A DNA stretch of 64,000 nt. Source: Aplysia californica. Lineage: Eukaryota. A program made the translations under genes and the position numbers. How positions within the stretch are numbered: the stretch's first letter is position 1; every line of letters begins with the position of its first letter. Shown here piece after piece: positions 58,901 to 64,000 of this stretch. The stretch covers positions 17,581-81,580 of the forward strand of contig NW_004798220.1 of the NCBI RefSeq assembly GCF_000002075.1, read 5' to 3'. The notes below the pieces were generated by a model. That model did not search any database and was not told where the DNA came from. It saw only the letters and a program-made list of their open reading frames with translations.

Positions 58901-61900
58901 TGTTGATCAGCCAGCAAAAATTAGCAATTTAGTTGTAGGTAAGGATTAAGGCATCATGTAAGGATATGTGGGTAATGGATTTATTTTATAATTAAAAATT
59001 TTTTAAAATTATTTATGGTCTGTTTCAGCTTGTGATACCAGAATATGCCATTCACATATTCTTCACGTTTCTGTTTCTACTGGCGTTCCAACTGGGCACA
59101 GTGCTCTTCAACATGCCACTTATCATCTACCATATTCGAAGGTAAAGCCAAGAGTTTCTTTTACGTGGACTTACAGGAATTAGATAAACACTTATGCTGT
59201 CAAGTGCTCATAGAGGGGCAGCATTCAGCCTGCTTAGTTTGCTCCTCTTTTTTGTTGTTAGCTAAAAATCTAAGTTTCAAAGCATGTATGATGTCTAGAA
59301 GTCATAATGTATAGAGATCTTTTCAGTAAAGACTAGACATCTGTGAGTAAGATGTAACAGAAAAAGCTATTACAGTTTATGTCCAGTTGTGTCTGATTAT
59401 GAATTATATATGCCTCCTGCTTTCTCTATTGTTATTGGGAAATGCTGTCTATAAGCCAATAAAATGAACAAAAAAATTTAGATGAATCTATGAAAGAGAG
59501 TCATTTATCCATTAGTTTGTAGTACATGATAGTACATCATTTGATGACATCGAATGGCAGAATTTTAAACCAGACACCAAAGTCCTCAAAGGGCAAATGC
59601 CGAGAGTCTGTTTTCTTAGCTCAAAAAGACTCAGCTTGCCTGGGCTGGCCATTTTGTAAGAATGCCTGATCTCAGAATCTCAATTCTATTCATTCTACAT
59701 AAATACTTCAACGTGGGAGAGCCTAGCTCCTAAGTCCTGACAGACCCAGCTGGAGAGCAACAGTCACAGAGGGCAGCAAATCATGTATGAGTGAGCTGCT
59801 TCACCGATAAGAAATGCTGAAACCAAGAGAGAAGCCTGGAAACTGCACTGTCACAAATGGCTTTGGCCACAGCAGAAGCCACAAGTCATCTTAACCTTTA
59901 ATTCTTCTATTTCGGTGGAGAAATATTCCCCTCTGCAGATATATTGGTCATCGTCAGGCATTGGAAGAGCTAAATATTAGTATTATTAGTATTGTACAAT
60001 ACTGAAGGGAAGTATCCGAGAGGTATTATGAATTTTGAAGTTCATGTATTTTAACTTAAGCAGTGGAAACAGAAAACAAATACAGTGGAGTCCTTTTAAA
60101 CCGAACATGGTCAGTCCAAAATAGTAGTACAGCAGTCTCCGCCTAAGATCCTAGTGCTCGGGAGCAAAGAAAATGTGATCTCTTGCGCGAATGGGATCTT
60201 ACCGGAATGTAGACTTTCAGAGCGAGGTCTTAGGGGTGAATTTTATGTTTTCTTAAAATAGTGGGATCTTAAAGCAAAACTGGATCTTAAGTGGAGGAAT
60301 CTTGGGTGGAGACAACTGCATACGAAAAGAAAAGAAAATCCCTGATTTTTTTTCTTCAATTTGAGCATGCTATACAGAAAACCAGGCTAAACCTATGAAA
60401 ATCTGATGGGCCTACAGATTTTGGTTAAAGATGACTCCACCATAGATGTTAAGTGAGAGAAAGATGCCCATTTTTTAATGTCGGAAATGGAAAAAGTCTT
60501 TTCGTGAGCTCTAACGTGAACCAACAGATCCAAGTTTCATGTAATCATGTGGTGACTTAGATGGAGATTTATTATGATGTAAATGGTTTACCCTCTCTTT
60601 AACACTTACTGCACTATCAGGTACCTAACAGTGACCCTACATCTACCTGTAACTAAAATTGTAAAGTCCTCTCTGCTAATTCTGCCTGTTTTCATTGTAG
60701 CAGTCTGTTTCCAATTCATGACACTCTTCTTTTGCCATTGTGTTTTAAATTAAGACTAAGACATTCATTGTCAGATGAGAAAGATATGTGGAAATATCAA
60801 TAAGTCATATATATTTCCCCTTTCATGCAAAAGGCAAGGCCTCCCAAACGACAGTAAGTCATATATATGCACGTTTACGTACTTTCAGGTACATGAACCG
60901 ACCTGTGATGAGTGGAATGGGCCTCTATGACCCCACATCTATCATGAATGCAGATGAATTGGGTCGTGCACAGAAAGAAGGATGGGTGAAACTGGGGTTT
61001 TACCTCATCTCTTTCTTCTACTATCTTTACAGGTATGTTTGCATTTGGCATATTTCTGGACTCTTCTCAATTTTGAAGTTTTAAGAAGAAAACAAAATAG
61101 GGACTTTCATTCAGCAATAACACTGGATGCATGTTGGTGTTGATCTGAATCCAGCCTAGTTAATGAATGTGACCTTTGTCTAGCGTCAGTCACGTAGTCA
61201 AATTATCTCCTCACGGGGTAGCCAGACGTGTAAAGGGGTTTTATTTAGTTTTAGTAGAGGTTTTACGGCGCTCGCTACTGCATAAGGTCATATGAGCGCC
61301 AGAAGATTAGAGGTGTTACAAGAGAGTAACAAACATAAAAAAGAAGAAGGGGAGATAAGGACGATAGATGTTTGATAGGAAAGAAGAAGCAAACCACACC
61401 AAAGCACCCACCAAACGCCCACAAGCGATTTTATGATTAAACGAAAAGTAGGCACTGGGTGCCATATCCTCTGCTGTGCATGTACTCCTGTTCCCCACTG
61501 TGATGGCCGTTCAATAACAAATACTTTGTAAAACGCACAGAGCATTCTGTAGAGTATGGATGATAAATGCAATTATTACTATTATTGTTGACCGTGCATC
61601 CCAAATGATACTTAGTGAACCTCCATGGGATACTGAAAAAAAATGGTAAAAATGAGGAGGGGAGCTCTCGTGGCCTAGAGGTTGAGGTGTTCGCCTCTCA
61701 TTCAAAGGTTCCGGGTTCACCTTGGTGGATATGGATATGTGAAGAATACAAATTGTAATCTAAAGAAAGCCTCTATTATGCTCTTTACCAGTTTGATGGA
61801 GTGATAGCATATTTTTTTGATCAGTTGGTGTGATACTAGACTTTTGTGTCCAAATGTCTAAACTGGCATCTTTCCTCATGGGAAGTTTTAGAGGATCTCC

Positions 61901-63975
61901 GGCTCTCAAACGATTTAAAAAAATAAATTATATTCTTTTGATCTCTGTTGGGAAATTTTGGTTACAATGGCAAACATATATACCGTAGCTGCCACTTTTC
62001 CGCTAAATAGCGGAAACTCCACTTCATCTAGCTTTTCCCGCTACTTTCCTCCTTCCTCCGCAGGACCGCTCTCGGTCGCAAATTGCAATACTTTTTTTTT
62101 TTAGACACGGAAAACACCGAACCGGGAGAGAGACGAAAACGCAGCTTGCGCATGTCCACCCGTAGCTTTCTACTTCCGTTTTTCTGTGCCAAGCGCTAGT
62201 TTCACATTGTTTATTGTGGAGCAACACAGTGTCGACCGAGCATCGGGACGATTGTGTGCCGAGTTGTCATTGAAAACGACAAAAGTTCGAGAGAAATTGA
62301 TGCAGAATGCGTTCGGTGCGATAAAGAAATCGGTCAGTACAGTGGCAAAGGTGTTGCCTCCTTGATCCAATACTACTGCTCTACATCAATGCACAAGTTT
62401 AAAGTAAAAGAAATCTTTTTATGAGACACCAGCTGGCAACAAACACTGGATTTTTAGTCACCAAACTGTGTCAAATGCTTGTTAGTCAACTTAATGCTTT
62501 GTTTTTGTTTTTTGGGGGGTTTTCCAAATACATTTTAATTCTGTAGCCTATGGTTGACAAATATATGACAGTTTTCCCTTCCAAAAACATAGGCTAGATG
62601 TTCTAATTTGCCTCTGGATCTCACTGGTTTTACTCCGGCCTTCGGAGAGCGCACGTACGCCTTCGCGTGAATTTCCTCCTTTTTTGAAATTCCTGAGTGG
62701 CAGCTATGATAGACATAAATACATAGTTGTAAATACATACATAAATACACAATATCACACCAATACAGAACAATTTCACAAACATGCCATTGCTGGTCAC
62801 CACTGTGCAGCGCCTATTCTTTTTTAGCTAGGTTTGTCATGTCTTGCTCAAGGACACACCCCAGTGACCACCCATCTAAACCCTGTGTCAGCGATATCTG
62901 TTTGACATTACTTTTGAGTCTGAATTCACTACTGTGGAGTCCACTTATAACGAGTCCTGAAATAACGAGAATCTGTTATAAAGACCCCATTCTGAAACCA
63001 CGTTTTTTTTTCCTGTTCTTTATTTTTGTAGGTAAAATACTGCTATAGCGCAATCAGACAAACATGCGAGTCGGTTATAACGGAATATTGCTACAGCAGT
63101 GCATAGGCCAATTTACATAATGTAAAACCTCGCCAGCTGAGAAACTTGTTGGAGATCTAGCAGCAAAACGAAGAGTGGGAGAGCCCACGTGTGTCAACAA
63201 TGAAGGCCGGAGCAAATGAGTAGGGAGGTTGTGGCATGCGCAGACCAGCAGAACGCATGGCATGATAGACCGACCTAGGCCTAGTCTAGATTATCTAGGC
63301 CTACCATGCCTCTCACTTCTCCGATACGGGGTGGAGAGATGGAGAGGTCACAGCAATATGATGATGAATGGGACAAATGTGTGATGTGCACAAGTAGACG
63401 GAATGCACCACAGGGTGTGGTTGGGTGGGGGACAACACAGCAGGCGAGTTAGCCTAGAGCCCTTTCGTTCTTATCGCCAGCGCCGAGCTGTCGAACATCG
63501 CTAGCGCGAGAGAAAGAAACCTGATTCAATTTTTGATCAAATAAGACCTAGAGGTAATGTTGAACTCAATCTTCACCTGGGAATAAGAAAAAGAAATGAA
63601 CGAACATCAAACTCATAGATTAGGCCCACTTATTATTTCCCTTGAATTTATAACTGGATCCCCCATAACGAGAATCCTGCTATAACGGACATTTCGCACC
63701 AGTCCCCTCCCTCTCATTATAACAGGATTCCACTGTATTCACTTAACCACTTTTTGGTCTTATAGTAGATGATAGTTATAATAGACCCAATAGTAGATGA
63801 TAGGTATAATAGACCTCCAACTTCTGAAATGAGAGCAGCAATGAGAGAGACAGCAAACCAGTACTATATTGTGCTATACAGGCTGACTGTAATTAAGCTG
63901 AAACATTCATAGATAATGACAACCTGTTTTCTTCTGTTTTTCCACAGTATGATTTATGTCCTGGTATCTTCCTGA
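46445..63975 (+). CDS. CNIH1: Protein cornichon homolog (ER cargo receptor); join(46445..46525,57524..57592,59029..59141,60889..61032,63948..63975), 144 aa
   Basis: MAFTFAAFCY...IIAFDELKTDYKNPIDQCNSLNPLVIPEY...GLYDPTSIMNAD...QKEGWVKLGFYL...MIYVLVSS*; all introns GT-AG and in phase. Confidence 0.95.
47564..47656 (+). other. tRNA-derived Pol III-like cassette (SINE head or pseudo-tRNA)
   Basis: A-box-like TAGCTGATTTGATAGCGCG; B box GGTTCGATTCC (47624-47634); T10 run; no intact cloverleaf. Confidence 0.55.
47704..47795. repeat. 37-bp perfect tandem repeat, 2.5 copies, with a palindromic core
   Basis: GGCACTATTTCTCCGAACGTTCGGGAAAATAAAGCTG. Confidence 0.95.
48384..48490. repeat. (TG)n-rich microsatellite
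   Basis: Read directly. Confidence 0.9.
49448..50103. mobile_element. Long-TIR non-autonomous DNA element with an internal (CT)n(CA)n
   Basis: About 75-bp near-perfect inverted ends AGTGTATACAGACCCGGTAACCGGGAACAAAG... Confidence 0.85.
51877..53563. mobile_element. Putative DNA element with terminal arrays of TATTCGCAC/GTGCGAATA palindromes
   Basis: About 35-bp units at 51895-52030 and inverted counterparts at 53476-53552; a further end at 49285-49345. Confidence 0.5.
53804..54668. mobile_element. Long-TIR non-autonomous DNA element
   Basis: About 140-bp inverted ends ACGGAGTGTCTACGTAC ... GTACGTAGACACTCCGT. Confidence 0.88.
55100..55585. repeat. Diverged tandem duplication, period about 250 bp
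   Basis: TAGACTGG-AGGCTAGCC-TACTTAATAATGATG...AAACCAAAAGGTGCCTTA...GTACTCAA-AGGTTTC occurs twice. Confidence 0.75.
55905..56310. mobile_element. MITE, same family as 23866-24280
   Basis: Same TIRs and interior. Confidence 0.8.
56618..57231. mobile_element. piggyBac-like MITE
   Basis: TTAA|CCCTTTTGTTGCC ... GGCAAAGAAGGGG|TTAA. Confidence 0.7.
57524..57592 (+). CDS. CNIH1: Cornichon exon 2
   Basis: IIAFDELKTDYKNPIDQCNSLNP|gtaagt. Confidence 0.95.
57986..58093 (-). mobile_element. Short 3' end of the RNase H LINE seen at 27611-28420
   Basis: Colinear with about 27626-27733. Confidence 0.8.
59029..59141 (+). CDS. CNIH1: Cornichon exon 3
   Basis: LVIPEYAIH...NMPLIIYHIR. Confidence 0.93.
60083..60442. 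mobile_element. MITE carrying a nested MITE (60130-60318)
   Basis: Host ends CAGTGGAGTC/GACTCCAC; inner CAGCAGTCTCC...GGAGACAACTG inserted after a TA; uninterrupted relative at 14637-14822. Confidence 0.75.
60889..61032 (+). CDS. CNIH1: Cornichon exon 4
   Basis: YMNRPVMSGMGLYDPTSIMNADEL...FFYYLY. Confidence 0.95.
61660..61721 (+). mobile_element. tRNA-derived SINE head fragment
   Basis: TGGCCTAGAGG A box and truncated GGTTC B box. Confidence 0.5.
61984..62708. mobile_element. TIR element, superfamily unclear
   Basis: CGTAGCTGCCACT ... AGTGGCAGCTATG; no clean TSD. Confidence 0.5.
62932..63735. mobile_element. Tc1/mariner-type MITE
   Basis: TA|CTGTGGAGTCCACTTATAA ... TTATAACAGGATTCCACTG|TA; repeated ATAACGAG subterminal motifs. 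Confidence 0.75.
63948..63975 (+). CDS. CNIH1: Cornichon exon 5
   Basis: tttttccacag|T ATG ATT TAT GTC CTG GTA TCT TCC TGA. Confidence 0.92.
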
Positions 63976-64000
63976 AAAGTGATCTGTGAAGTGCTGCGGC

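Noticed and set aside
63973-63990. Stop-codon readthrough or selenocysteine at the TGA stops of cornichon, ACSS1 and GON7
   Set aside because: The proteins end at family-typical positions, there is no TGA-CTAG context, and I recognised no SECIS.

Overview
Gapped, AT-rich animal genomic DNA; gene and repeat content suggest a lophotrochozoan, probably a gastropod mollusc (inference). Four protein-coding genes form two head-to-head pairs. (1) An ankyrin-repeat protein with an intron-free CDS and a C-terminal SOCS-box-like motif (-, 65-2059). (2) A two-exon, 121-aa GON7-like KEOPS subunit (+, 3770-4022 and 10786-10898) that the ORF track only partly shows. (3) A complete 14-exon mitochondrial-type acetyl-CoA synthetase ACSS1 (-, 45070-20940, 678 aa). 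(4) A complete 5-exon cornichon CNIH1-like gene (+, 46445-63975, 144 aa). All predicted introns are GT-AG with consistent phases. Introns and spacers hold many non-autonomous or decayed elements: hAT (two with perfect 8-bp TSDs), piggyBac-like, Tc1/mariner MITEs, a mariner relic, CACTA, Sola2-like, and RTE, L2 and RNase H-bearing LINE fragments. The most unusual observations are: palindromic TATT...AATA sites resembling recombinase sites at the ends of several elements; a foldback array of about 50-bp units; one element found early in intron 1 of three genes; and evidence that the abundant TAGATCTA motif arises by small insertions. I cannot establish a new biological system from sequence alone.
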